Source of the DNA: Chrysomallon squamiferum
Taxonomy: Eukaryota; Animalia; Mollusca
Direction: 5' to 3'
Length of the DNA: 64,000 nt
Assembly (NCBI GenBank): GCA_012295275.1
Contig: CM022674.1
Location: forward strand, 10,664,001-10,728,000
Position 1 is the first letter of the stretch. Each line of letters starts with the position of its first letter. Both the position numbers and the translations under genes were made by a program. The notes under the pieces are model-generated. The model ran no database searches. It was not told the DNA's origin and saw only the letters and a list, made by a program, of their open reading frames with translations. Of this stretch, positions 43,574 to 57,592 are shown piece by piece.

Positions 43574-46500
43574 AAGGTATTAAAAAAATAAAGCTAATTT
43601 CAACCAGGATATGATGTTAAACTCAATGTTGTCAACCTCAGTCTCTATGACAACCAGGTATGAGTCAGGTGAGTATCAACAAGCATCTATTAAACCTGCT
43701 TCAAACATCAAACATCGGCTTTGACATTGAAAATGCTGATGACAAACACAGGAGAAGAAATATTTGTGAACTTCAGTAAACACATTTTACTGTTTTTTTG
43801 TGAAGTCAGGTAAACACATTTTACTGTTTTTGTGAATTTAGACAAACAAATTCTACTGTCTCTGATGTCAACACACACACAGACTTAGCCAGCTCAGTCT
43901 GCAGACAAAACCACCAAGATGAGACTTTCATTCAATATTAGATCACCTCATAAAACAAATATTTGCATAATGTCAGCCTGATGTTTATTCATTGGCTGTC
44001 AGCTAGCCAATCAGTGTGTAGTTGTTACTCATGCCACAATAGAACAATTTCACATGTCAATTAAGGTCATGTTTATTCAGTAGATAATTATAATTTCTTT
44101 TACATGAGCCAAGAAGTTAATCTTCAGTGTGCAGATTAAAGCTTTTTAAAAATACTGACTTTAAATCTTTTATAAATTAATTAATTATTCAAACAGGAAC
44201 ATTGTACATTCAGTTTGTTTTTGTTAGCTTATCACACTTTTAATCATTAAAAAAAAAAAAATTAGTATTATTATTAATTTTAATTTTCATTATCTATCAT
44301 CTCACTTCCCAAAGACACTTTTATTTATGTACTTTATTTATACTAATTTCTATATTACATTAAATTATAAAGAATTAATCAGTTATTAAAATATAATTTT
44401 ATTTTTTTTACATTAAATTATAGCAGATTTTTAAATGTTATGTATACTATTCTTTTTTCTTTATATTATATTAAATAACATTGTACTTGTATTATAATAT
44501 TAATTATTATTACATTTTTACATTACAAAACATTGTTCTTGTATTATAATAGTAATTATCACATTTTATTCCTGGTTCAGATGAACTAAATCTAATTATT
44601 GCTGTCACTGGTTGAGTAGTTGTATTCTCTTTTGTCTGCTGTTGGTGACTGTGATTAATACCTGTGAACACCTGTCAACACTGAATATATACAAAACAAT
44701 CAGCAATAAAACTTCAGTATCAGTTTACACCTCATCCTGGACACATCCATTATTACATTTAAAAAACAAAAAACAAAAACAATTCTACAGTCATGGTGGA
44801 AATCACTGAATACAAAAATTAATTGTTTTGACTTACAGTGGGAGTCAGTTTTGTTACAATGAAAAATATTTTCAGAATGTGAAAGAATAATAATAATAAT
44901 AATAAATAAATAAATAAATAAAAAAAGAAATAAAGAAAAGAAAAAATGGTGGCAGATAGTGAGAGCACTTGACACAGGATGACCTCATAAATGATGTCAT
45001 CAAATGAAAATGAGTATTACCTATTACAATCTGAGAGAGTTATGGAGAAGGGGATATGATGTTTTGAAAAATGTATTTGATACAATACGTTTGTCTCTTT
45101 CTGTTTTGATAAATCATTCATGGAGCACTGTTTAGAATTGGAAATGGCCCAGTGACTGCATCAAGAAACATTGATCCTAACATTTGTTACTATTTTGTTG
45201 CTGCTTACATTATCACGATCTGGTTTTTGGTATCTTTATCATGGGTATAAAACATTTAACTCTTCTCAAAGAGCTTGAACTGAAAATGAAGTAAATCTAC
45301 ACCCATCTTTGAAGTCATCTCAATTTAATATTAAATTGTAAAATTAAACTCATTTCAAATCAGTTTAATAAATACCATAAACAGTAATATTATTAGTTAA
45401 CAAACTTAAAATAAAACAATAAAAAAAAACTTTTTTTTTTTTTTTTTTTTTTTTTGTCCAAATGATGGTTATTGTATTTACAAACTAGTTCAAATAAACC
45501 AGTAAGACAAGTTAAAAACTCGTTCATCAAAAGAGTTTGCAGTTTATCATCTCAAACTAGCCAGTAGCTGCCTACATGAACTGTGTATGAAGTTTTTATA
45601 ATGAAGTTATTTACAATAATGTCAGCACAATGAAGTTATTTACAACAAAGTTAGCACAGTGAAGTTTTTACTCTGAAGTTACTCAAGTAAAATGAAGTCT
45701 GATAAAGGTATTTAAGTAGCACAAAACTCTGTGCTTGAGATGTGCTAATGTTAACTATCAGTCTAAACTGTTTTTCCTATTCTACCCAGGTTTCTCCAAT
45801 TCTGGAAACAAATTAACATGGTGGTAACAGAAGAAGTAAAAATGAATACAATTAATAAATGAATGATTGCTGTATGAAACAATGATTGGTCATCATTCTA
45901 AAGTGAAAATAATAAACTCAGTGATTAAATATATCAGAGTAACAAGCTGATAAATCATATTTTAAAATTACACATATTAAAATATTTCACAGATATATGT
46001 ATGACAAAAGTGAAGATATTTGCAAAATCTAAGGTGTTATCTGACAGAAATATTGTCAAATAGAATTGTAAAAATCACCATACATCCATTTTAAATAAAT
46101 TATCACTTGTCAAAAATAAGTATTACAGTTTCACTAGCGGTTAAGATTTGATACAATTAAACACCAGAATTTAAAATATTAACTCAGTTATATTCAATCA
46201 ACAGATTTTTAAATTCATAAATAAATAATTAATACAAAAATGAATTATTTTAAATAAATTTAAAACTTAATTTCAAAATAAACATGAGACATGACTGAAT
46301 ACACGGTTAACATCAAAATATTGTCTGCTGTCCACGTTGTTTATAATTTATATTTCACAGACCAGCTACACTTTTTTTTTTTTTTTTTTAAAACTAGCTA
46401 TAGCTCCCAGCATGACGAATTTAGATCAAGAAAATAAATCTTTAAAAAAGAAGTAAATTCATAGCTTGCAGCAGACACTGAGGGCAAGGTCGCTGAAAGA

Positions 46501-49500
46501 TTTTATATCTCTCAAACATGAAATTTCAGGATACATCAACAAAAGAAAGACATTCTTTTTACAGAAAGAATCCATGAAATATGATAATGAGTATTTAAAC
46601 ATGCAAACTCTTTAAAATAAATTTAAAAATTATGCTGTTCTAGTATTTGATTTAGAAAAAAATATATTTTACCTCCTTTTTAAGAGAGGCCATAAAAATC
46701 CCATCATATCTGATTTCTTCAAAATTTGTATCTTTTAAAACAAGTTTAAAATAAATAAGTTTTATAATTTTATATCTAAGCCTGTAGGATCATTTATTTC
46801 AAGAATAAAAATAATTTTATATTTTTCAAGTCAAAGAATGAAAATGTTTATCCAACCATTTAAGAGAGGAAATGACAAAATATACAAAGATAAATAAAGT
46901 AAATATCATTTATATTTATCTTTTGAAAAACATCTGAGTAGTGAAGCTGCTTGAATTATAAACATCAACAATTTAATTTAAGAACAGGAAATAAATTTGT
47001 TATGCAATAATAAATTTTAAAAAATTCAAACTTAAAAAAAAATGGTAACTTTTGGAATTATAAATTGTGATTTTATAATTTTATTAGTAAATAAAATAGA
47101 AACATTTTGAACATATTTTTACTTTCCAATAAAAACCCCACTGAAACAGGTAACTGAAAATAATTCTGAAATCTTTTAATGATTTTTGCTTTTTTGTTTT
47201 TATATTAAAATTATAATTTCTCTTGCTGAGATGCATATATTTTATATTTAAATTTACTAAAATACTGTTTCAAATTTTCAAAAAATGATATGTAGTAAAG
47301 TATAAATTTATTAGAAATAAGTTATCAAACAAAAAAGAATATAAAAAAAGTAAGAAATATAAAAAATTAGTTCGGGACGGACAGATCAACTGACAGATGA
47401 CTAAATGAACTGTGATATTTTTAAACACAGTCCATGTCCTCCCTGGAAGCACTTATCACTAATTAGTAACTGTAATTAGAAACAGCAGTCAAAATAGTTA
47501 GAAAGGTAAATTCAAAAATAAAAATTTTCATGAATTTGTGACAACTGAAAATTCTGTTCAGAATAAACTGCAGAAAAAAACAACAACAACAACAAAACAA
47601 CAAAATACTGATAGAAAACACTATTATCACTCAGTTCTAACAGAAAGCCACAACAACCAAAACGTTAAATGAAGTTAAACTGTTTTAGAATTATTTAATT
47701 TTTAAACATATATTATAAGAATAATTTTTAAGTCATACTGACATTAAAAGTGACATTAAAAGTGTAAAATCATATTTAAAATAAAAGTTTCAAACTCACA
47801 ACATAAAACCAAACCTATAACAATAAAACACTTTATAATTCAAACAACTATAAACTCAAAAGCAATTATAAATCATGTTTTCAAATAATCCTAACAGCTG
47901 ATTTCAAACTAAAAATAATTTATAAATCATAGTTGTCACAGATTTGTCTACATGTTTATATCTGAATAATTTCAAAGAGACAAGTTTAAACACAGGTAAA
48001 TGTTCATTACTACGCAATTAAATACTGCTACACCCACACCCCAGTGACACTGAGTAAAGCAGCTGAGCAGAACTCAACTTCCTAAGTAGCTGTTAAAATG
48101 GCTGCTCTAACCACAGGACAAATCAAATTGTTTATCTAACATTGCTGAAAATTATCTCAAGTGTCATCATAGGGTTTCTATAGAGATTAAAACCAGATTA
48201 TTTACAACAAAACAGTGGATTTGCTGACACTAAATAATATGGTAATCTTGTCTCAGTAACATACCTGTTGTATCTAACAGGGTCAGGCAAATAAGTGTGT
48301 TATTGTACCAGTAACCTGAAAAGCCTCATATAATTTATTATTACAGAAATCACAAAGAGATATGTAATTTGATATTTATAACAGAAAAGAAGTGTTATAA
48401 CAGGTGTTTTTACAATTAATTAACACAGGTAATAATGTTAAGGTGAGTTGCAGAGTGTATGGGTTTAGTTGTTCACTTTATTGTAAATGTCACATCAACC
48501 ATTTTATTTCATGACATTGTGTGACAAAAAGATGTCATGAATGAAATAAATGTTATTGCTACATATACCTGGTTTTATTATAGACATGTAATCTCAACAA
48601 TTAAAATTGTCTGTATGTGTGTTTGTGTGTGTGTGATTTAATATATATATACATACATATATATTTTACACACACAACACACACAAACACATAAAAGAAC
48701 AATATGATGTTATGAGAAGACTTTTTCATTATAAACAGAAATTGACCTTTTATAAATCATATCCTGCAGTCAAAAACAAACATACCAGGGATTGTGATAA
48801 CCCACTTACGAGTCACTGGCAAGAACTGGAAACAGAGCAGTAATGACACCAGAGAGAATTGAACTTGACACCAAACAAACCTCAGGCCAGTGATCTATAC
48901 AAACTTCCTGATCTATGAATGGTTGTAAACTTTTTCAAATAATTAGTTCTACACATATTTCCTAACTGATCTATGAATGGTTGTAAACTTTTTCAAATAA
49001 TTAGTTCTACACATATTTCCTAACTGATCTATGAATGGTTGTAAACTTTTTCAAATAATTAGTTCTACACATATTTCCTAACTGATCTATGAATGGTTGT
49101 AACCTTTTTCAAATAATTAGTTCTACACATATTTCCTAACCCAAAATGGTTGTAACCTTCATGAAATAATTAATTTGTTTTAAAGAAGAGAAAAAAAACA
49201 CTACAAAAAAACACAAAAAAAGAAAGGAAACTCCCTCCCTCACCAAACACCCCCATTTGTTAGTTATTTTCTTTAATTCAGGTACAGTTATTATTCTTAC
49301 CTTTTTCTTTAATTCAGGTATAGTTGTTATTCTTACCTTTTTCTTTGTAAGAGAGTTCACCTATATCAGCTATTAACACTGTTCAAACAAATTCAGAAAC
49401 TTTTAATAAACTAGATCCTTAAACAAACAGATTCAGTTTTCTGGTATAAACCAAAAATAATATAGATTCATTCAGTTATAAAACATCCACATGAATCAAC

Positions 49501-49925
49501 ATTCAGAGATTCATTTAACACATTCTGTATTTAAACATCACTTATCACCGTAGTGACTAGGAAATCCTCATACACCCTCTGTCACTTTCTTCTCATACAC
49601 AGACTTGAAGTAGTACTGACATAAAACGAGGGTCACACCTGACCCAGTAAAGAACTCTTCTTGTTTTTCACATCTGACATCACATGTAAGAGTTGTTCTT
49701 TGAAAACAGGAGCACACTACTTGAACTGAACATCACCTCTGTTGCTGGTTTAAATCCTGTTTCTATTAAACTTGTAAACCTCCTGTTCAGAGACGGGTTG
49801 TCACGTTACATCTCAGTTTGCTATGTTTTAACCTGATATGTAGATGCACTTCAAGTTGAAGAGTTATTTACAAAATTTCAAAATTAACAAAAATTTAAAA
49901 ATACTTGTCTATCCAAATGTGCGTA

Positions 49926-49971
<46 letters not shown>

Positions 49972-51247
49972 GAAAATGACAGAATGATATATGTATTCAA
50001 CAAGTGTGTTTATGAGTCTTTGTATGTATAAATATGTACACATCCATGCATAATCAGAGATGTGCTAAGCTATTTATTTTCTGATATTATTTGTAATAAA
50101 AACCACCATTACAGCATTAAAAAATGTGATAAGCACACACACACAAGAGTACAGAAACAAAAAACACACACACACACACACGCACACATACACACACAAA
50201 TAATCAAGATACATTAAACTAAAGTTATAATTTCATTATGCATGTGCAGGTATACTCAATTCTGTGCACACAAGCACCCACATGAATGCACACACATACA
50301 GACAAAGACACACCCACACACACACACAAACACACATATATACACATAATCATATTTGTACAGTTTTAAAGTTTCAGAAGTCTAAATGAAGTAGTTTACA
50401 GCATCAGAAAAGAAAGTCAATCTAAAAATAAAGATCAGAACTGTTTTTTAAATCACATATTTCAGCCATGTTGTTTGGCACATGAAGGTTTTACAACCAC
50501 TTGCTAATTGTGAAACAACATTTGAGAATCCCTGGCGTGGAGAAGCAGGCATGTTTCCTATTAACCCCCCAGGAACACTGCCTCACACACTGAAAACACA
50601 CACTTGGGTTTTCTATAGAGCAGTAAATACAAGCAGACAGCACTTTCTGCTTCTTCCAATTACAGGTTAAAATAAATAATCAGAGAATAATTTATATAAC
50701 TAATCAAGTATAATTGTATATGCGTAATGAAGAAGAAATGTCTATTTTGGTTACACCCCTTCATATCTTCATGTGTTAATGTTCAAGTAGTATAAGAATG
50801 TTTTAATATAATGTAACTACATGTGTATGAACTGCAGGATTATGTAAAAATAAGGTAATTGAAGTATAAGAAGGTCAAAAAATAAACTTCATATAAGTTG
50901 ATATTTATTTCAAGTGTCATAACTCTATATCTAATTATTATTTCAAAAAAAAGTTTCATTTTTTATGTTGAATACTACTATTACAGATGATTGAATCTGA
51001 ACAAAAATGTTTTCTGTAATAAATTCATCATTGTTTAGTTCAAACCAATATTTCATAGATCCTTTCTTTAACCAGTAGATTAATAACGTCTAAGAAACTA
51101 ACATTTACAAGTATACACATGCAGCAGACAAGGATAACAGTTTTATTTATATTTGAGGAATGTTGGCTATTTCTTTTATATCTACTTTGATCCTTGTATC
51201 AGACACTTACACACATATAACCTTTACTCACTCTCCTCCCTCTCTCC

Positions 51248-51288
<41 letters not shown>

Positions 51289-52159
51289 TCTCTCCCTCTC
51301 CCCCTCTCTCCCCCTCTCTCTCCCTCTCTCTCCCTCCCTCTCCCTCTCTCCCTCCCTCTCTCTCTCTCTCTCTCCCTCTCCCTCCCTCTCTCTCTCCCTC
51401 CCTCTCTCGCTCTCTCGCTCTCTCGCTATCTTTCTCTCTCACTCACTCTCTATCTCTCTCTCTCCCTCTGAATAGGATGCATATAAATACAATACACAAA
51501 TCTAGACAACTCATTAAATATTTAGATTATAAAATTTCCTACAAATAATTCACTGTTTAAACTGACATATATATATATATATATATATTTGATAGATGCA
51601 TATTTTCTGAAACATATAAAAGTGCTTAACCTAGCAGGTTATAGAGAAAAGGAACATTTACAAACAATTATAAACATGTTTAACTCACACTGATATCCTA
51701 CAGCAACTCACCACCAGTTAAAAACTCACATCAGCTCTCCACACCTCATCTAATAAACCTGACAGTGGACAAAAACTGGATTAACTGGATTAAGCTAAAG
51801 AAATCAGCTTTTGTACTATGAAATTATCAGCAGCTATTTTCACTTTATCATCAAAATCAGTTGGTCAGTGGACCAAAACCGGTGGTGACATTTTTATGCT
51901 GTGTTCTGTGAAGCGTGTCTATTGTTTGAAAAATAACCTGTGAAACATTAACTTCAAATAGACATGTCAATTACTCAATTTAAAAGTCTCCGTTATAAGC
52001 TGCACACAAAAAAAAAAAAAAGTGGAAAGAGGAGAAAGGAATGTGATGGACAAAAGCAGCTTCCACACAGAAAATACCTTATCTTTGAGAGAGAGTGATT
52101 TAGCATTTTTAAAATGACAACAGCATGATGTTTAGTTCTTTTATATAGATTCCTAAAAT

Positions 52160-52227
<68 letters not shown>

Positions 52228-55191
52228 TACAAACACAATTAAGAATATAGTACAGTAGAATGACACCAAAACATATGTTAAAAATGTATAGAACTGCTTT
52301 AGTGTTTTATTTGTTACAATTAAGTAAATAACATTAATATAGTTGTTTGATATCGGCAGTGCAGGGATTTGATCCTAGAACCATACAGGAAAAAGTTCAG
52401 TGACTCTGCCACATCACTGCAAGTGCTGACGTTTGACTGCTGACATTTAAATGATACAGATTCTAAAATAACCGAAGTAAGTCGTTTTTTATCCGTTTAA
52501 AACAGATGGCACAAATAGACCATTTAGATGAGGAAAAAAAACAACTTGAATCTTATAATCAAAGCTACTAGTGCAGTAGGGTATTAGGCCTATCTGTCTG
52601 ATAAGATCTCAAATTAGTGAACCTTCTCTGATGTACACTTATCTATGTGGGTTGGAAGAGGAGAGCATCCTGCAGCAGAGATAAGCTAATTTCTGTGTTT
52701 GATGGTTAGTTACTCACCGGTGTGGAATAGTTCACGCAATCACGGTGAAGCAGTGCACATACAAAAAACAGCTACAAGTTAATGTGTTAATGACAGCAGT
52801 TTATTTTCAGTACGCTTACTACTACTACTACTGTATCTACTACAGTCACTATTCATACTGCAACTGCTGCTACTACTATGATTATTAGTACCTGCTACTA
52901 CAGTTGATTATTACTGTTACTACAATTTACAACTACCACTACTCTTACAATAACAACTGCCATTACAACCACATTATAATTTAAAGAATATATAAATTCT
53001 AAACGCTTTCTTTACATCAAAAACATCTTTATAATATAGACATAATAGTATTTGTCACTATATCTTGATCTTTATCATTATCTCTGTCTCAATCTCTGTC
53101 CCAATCTCTCTGTCTCAATATCTTTGTTTCAATCTCTGTCTCAATATCTTTGTTTCAATCTCTGTCTCAATATCTTTGTCTCAATCTCTCTGTCTCAATC
53201 TCTCTGTGTCTCAATCTCTGTCTCAATCTCTGTGTCTCAATCTCTGTGTCTCAATCTCTGTGTCTCAATCTCTGTGTCTCAATCTCTCTGTCTCTATTTC
53301 TTCAGATCTCAGTATCTCTGTTCTCTATTTTCCTCACTCATTCATTTCTTCTCTCTCACACACGTCCTCCTAAACGTAACAATCTTTACAACCATAAAAA
53401 ACATACCAAACAAAATCAAAATCAAAAAGAACATCACAGACCCCAAGACCTCTACAGTACATCCCAAGGTGATGTAGTAAAATACACAACAATAGAACGT
53501 CTTATTTAGTTTGTTGTATAAATAAAGTCAGGTGTTTATTGTCCTGAAAATAACCAGCTGGGAATTTCAATGACTTTTCAGCTTTCAATATAAAATGAAA
53601 ACCAGCATGAAAATTAAGGATCAATGCTTCTTTTTTTCCATCACAGTTGATGAAGCATGTAGGGACTAAAAAAAACCATTTTGACGGGGAGGAAACATTC
53701 AGTGTTTGGTTAGTTTTACTTCAGGTGGAATGAACCTCATCAGATTCTCCTCTCAAGTGAATTGAATGTTTACACATACACTTATCAAACTGAGTCTTCA
53801 AAAACGTCTCGGAAGACCGGATAAACCAGCCCTAGTATTTAAGTATGTCTAAGCAGGATCAAAACTGAATGGATAAGTTTTTGTTTGGTTTACTTTACGA
53901 GTAGAGTGATGCATTGTGGGATAGTCAAAACATCATCTTTGAATATAGAGTTTTACAGCTTTTGGTATAATAAAATAGATAATTTGGTATGGTTTGATAA
54001 TAAATAATAAATAGTGGCCTTGATATCACAAAAAACACTAAATAAGACCTTAAGATGAGTTTTAGAAAATTCTAGATATAGAATTGTTGTAGCCACAAAC
54101 TGAGTTATAATGCATTCAGGAAAAATATAGTTCATACATCTTTGTATTTGAAACAATCCAACTCTGTGATAGATAGAATGGAGGATGGATGGAAGAATGG
54201 ATGAAAGTAGGGAAGTATGAATAGACGGATGGAAGGGTAGATAGATGGATAGATAAAGTAATGGATGGATGTTGGAAGGATGTTTTGATAGTTGGATAAA
54301 TAAATAAATAGATGATTGGGTAAAAGGATGGATGGATGGATGGATGGATGATGGATGGATGGATGGATGGATGGATGGATGAATGGATGAATGAATAAAT
54401 AAGCAATGAATGGATGGGTGGAGAAAAGGATGGAACAACTGAGATATGGATGAATGAAGCAGAGAAATATGTGGGTGGACAAAGGGGTTAACCAGTATTA
54501 AAATAGATCATTGTAGGAACTATGTGAAATGTAAACACATGGGTCAGTGGATGAATACAGGATGGGGGGGACAGAATCATACATAAAGAACACAATAATT
54601 TTATTTAACAACAGTGTTTATTTGATTAGACCATTTCTTTTCAAAGAAAATGAAAAACATGGTTAGACACAGACAGAAAAGAACATTTTGTGAACATTTA
54701 TAAAACTTACAAATGAAACATGTCTGAAGCCATGGCAACATTCCAATAATTTTTCTTATCTCTTTAGTATTTCATGTGAAGATCTTTATTAAAGAGAAAC
54801 AACTCTGACAAAAAATATGGATGCCCCACCGAGCAGGTGGATCTGGTATTTAAAAAATGTCTGGCAGCAGACATGTTTTCTAATAGAGGGAAGTGATTTG
54901 CAGCTTTTTAAATAAACTTTTACATAAAAATATATAAAATAAGATGCTTGAAATATTTTAATCAAACTTAATATCAACTGTAATTGTTTTATACTTAAAA
55001 GAAAATAGAAAATGAATTTACAGAGCTAACCATATATTAGATAGAACAAGTTTACATAAACTAACAGTGACATGACCCCAGAATTTTGTTTTAACAGTAA
55101 ATAAACAGTTGTTTAATGCAACACTGTATGTTTCTGTTTGTTTGTTTGTATAGGAGTATGGGGTTTGTGTGTATGTACATTTTTAAAATCC

Positions 55192-55230
<39 letters not shown>

Positions 55231-55497
55231 TTTTCAAATTAACTGTAATTAACTGTATTTATTAAAATTGAATAATTCATGAGATCATTGTTATTATTAT
55301 TATTATTATTACTATTATTATTATTATTATTACTATTACTATTACTATTGTTATTATTATTATTATTATTACTATTATTATTATTATTATTATTATTACT
55401 ATTACTATTGTTATTATTATTATTACTATTACTATTATTATTATTACTATTACTATTACTACTATTGTTATTATTATTATTACTATTACTATTACTA

Positions 55498-55536
<39 letters not shown>

Positions 55537-57526
55537 ATTATTATTATTCCAGATAATTATTGTCTTGTTATGAAGCCCCAGTGTTAAAGAATGATGTTAA
55601 TCTCCCTCAGTTTGATCTTTGCAGTTAAAATAAACAAAAGTAAATTGAAGAATGTGTGTACTTTTGTATTATAATAAGTCTAACAGTATAACTATGGAGC
55701 AATTGTTAGAACAGGAAATAAATATATTTGTTCATGGGACATTTCTGATGGTCAGGTAATAAACAGCCACATAAACACACACAAACATACATACATAAAC
55801 ACATATAAACACACACATATACACATTCACATACCCACTAAACACTCACACTTTCCACAAACATATACAGATAAACACACACAAAAAATATATGTGTATA
55901 TGTCTACATAATACATGTATTATCAACTTATAATTGTATACACACACACACACATACAAACACACACATACAAACACACACACACACATACACACTCACA
56001 CAAACAAACACATACACAAATACAAACATACAAACACACACACACACACACACACACACATTAAATAATTTATAATTATTAATTTAATAATTATGCTCAT
56101 AAGCCTGCTGTTAGTGTGTTGGGTACTCGTCAGATACCTATTAATCTTGTGTGGACACTTTGCAAAGTTTAACTGTACAGTAAGTGACAGTGACAAATGT
56201 TTAACATGGCTGATAAAATGATTCAAGGCAAACAGCCAAAATGTACATCATTTCCTTAACCAGCACATTTTCAACTACTTCTCTTTAACAACTCTTTAAA
56301 TCTGTGTAACCTTTTTCAAATTCTCTTTAAAATAAAATTTAAATAAATTATTTCATAACTGAATAATGAGAAGAGAAGACTATAAAACCCATTATAAAAT
56401 CATAACAAAGATTGACAAAGATTATTTAAAATAAAATAAAATAAAAATAAAATAATTTGCATCTGAATAGTAAGAATAATTTCATATTTATACCATAATA
56501 AAGAATATCCTGAAAGGGCTTATAAAGAATAATAATAAAAAAATTATTTTCTTTGTATGAATTGATATTTACATATGTCTAGTCTAATAGTTATTAGCTA
56601 CAGTGTTATTTGTATATAGTGTGAGCCTTGCTGCCATGCAGCCAAACAGATAGGTTTATTTACTACTTTACAACATTCTGAATGTATAGTATAAAAGCAT
56701 GGCATTCACAAAAATAAAAAATAAAAGTATTGTACTTTACAAATGTCTGTGTGTGTTTGTGTATGATGCAACTATTGTACTTTACAAACGTCTGTGTGTG
56801 TTTGTGTATGACAATTTATATCTACCAGAAATAAATATTTAAAAAAAAAGAAGAATTTAGTGTAACATATTTCTGAATTTATAATAAATGAACAAAAATA
56901 CATAAGTATGTATGTGCATGTTTGGGATTCATATTCAAATATTTGAATAACAGATAAATTGTTTATAATTGTTTTTTATATATATAATAGATAGAGATAG
57001 ACAGACAGATATAATTTATATATTTATATGTATACACATGTATTTTGTACACATACATATGGAAACAAACATCTGCATGTGTATATATGTTTATATGTAC
57101 ACACAAACACACACACATACAAACTTATTTAATCAATATTATCCATAACATGGTTTGAATAATTTATGTGTACAACAGCTGCGACTAACAAGATAAATGT
57201 TGTTTTGCTTACTAAATGAAATCAATAAACCTTAAAGGTTGTTAATGCATAGGCCTACTTGGGATATAATTTATTGATTTATGAAGATAGATTTATATTT
57301 GTGATAAATATTGTCAGTTGAAACTTGCCACTGGTCACAAGACAATTAACTACACATGAAGCACACATACAGACACATGCACACATGAAAACACACTGAT
57401 TAATTTTAATTTTCACCATGTTCAAAAAAACAAAAATTCTAATTTAATTCAGTTCTTTTTTTTAAGATGATGTTTTTGTTTGTATGAGTGTGTGTGTCTC
57501 TGTGTGTTGTGTATAACTGTGTGTAT

Positions 57527-57592
<66 letters not shown>

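Noticed and set aside
52718-52760. ATG to CCG|gtgagt phase-1 candidate first exon
   Set aside because: In-frame TGA at codon 7; could only be non-coding and has no other support
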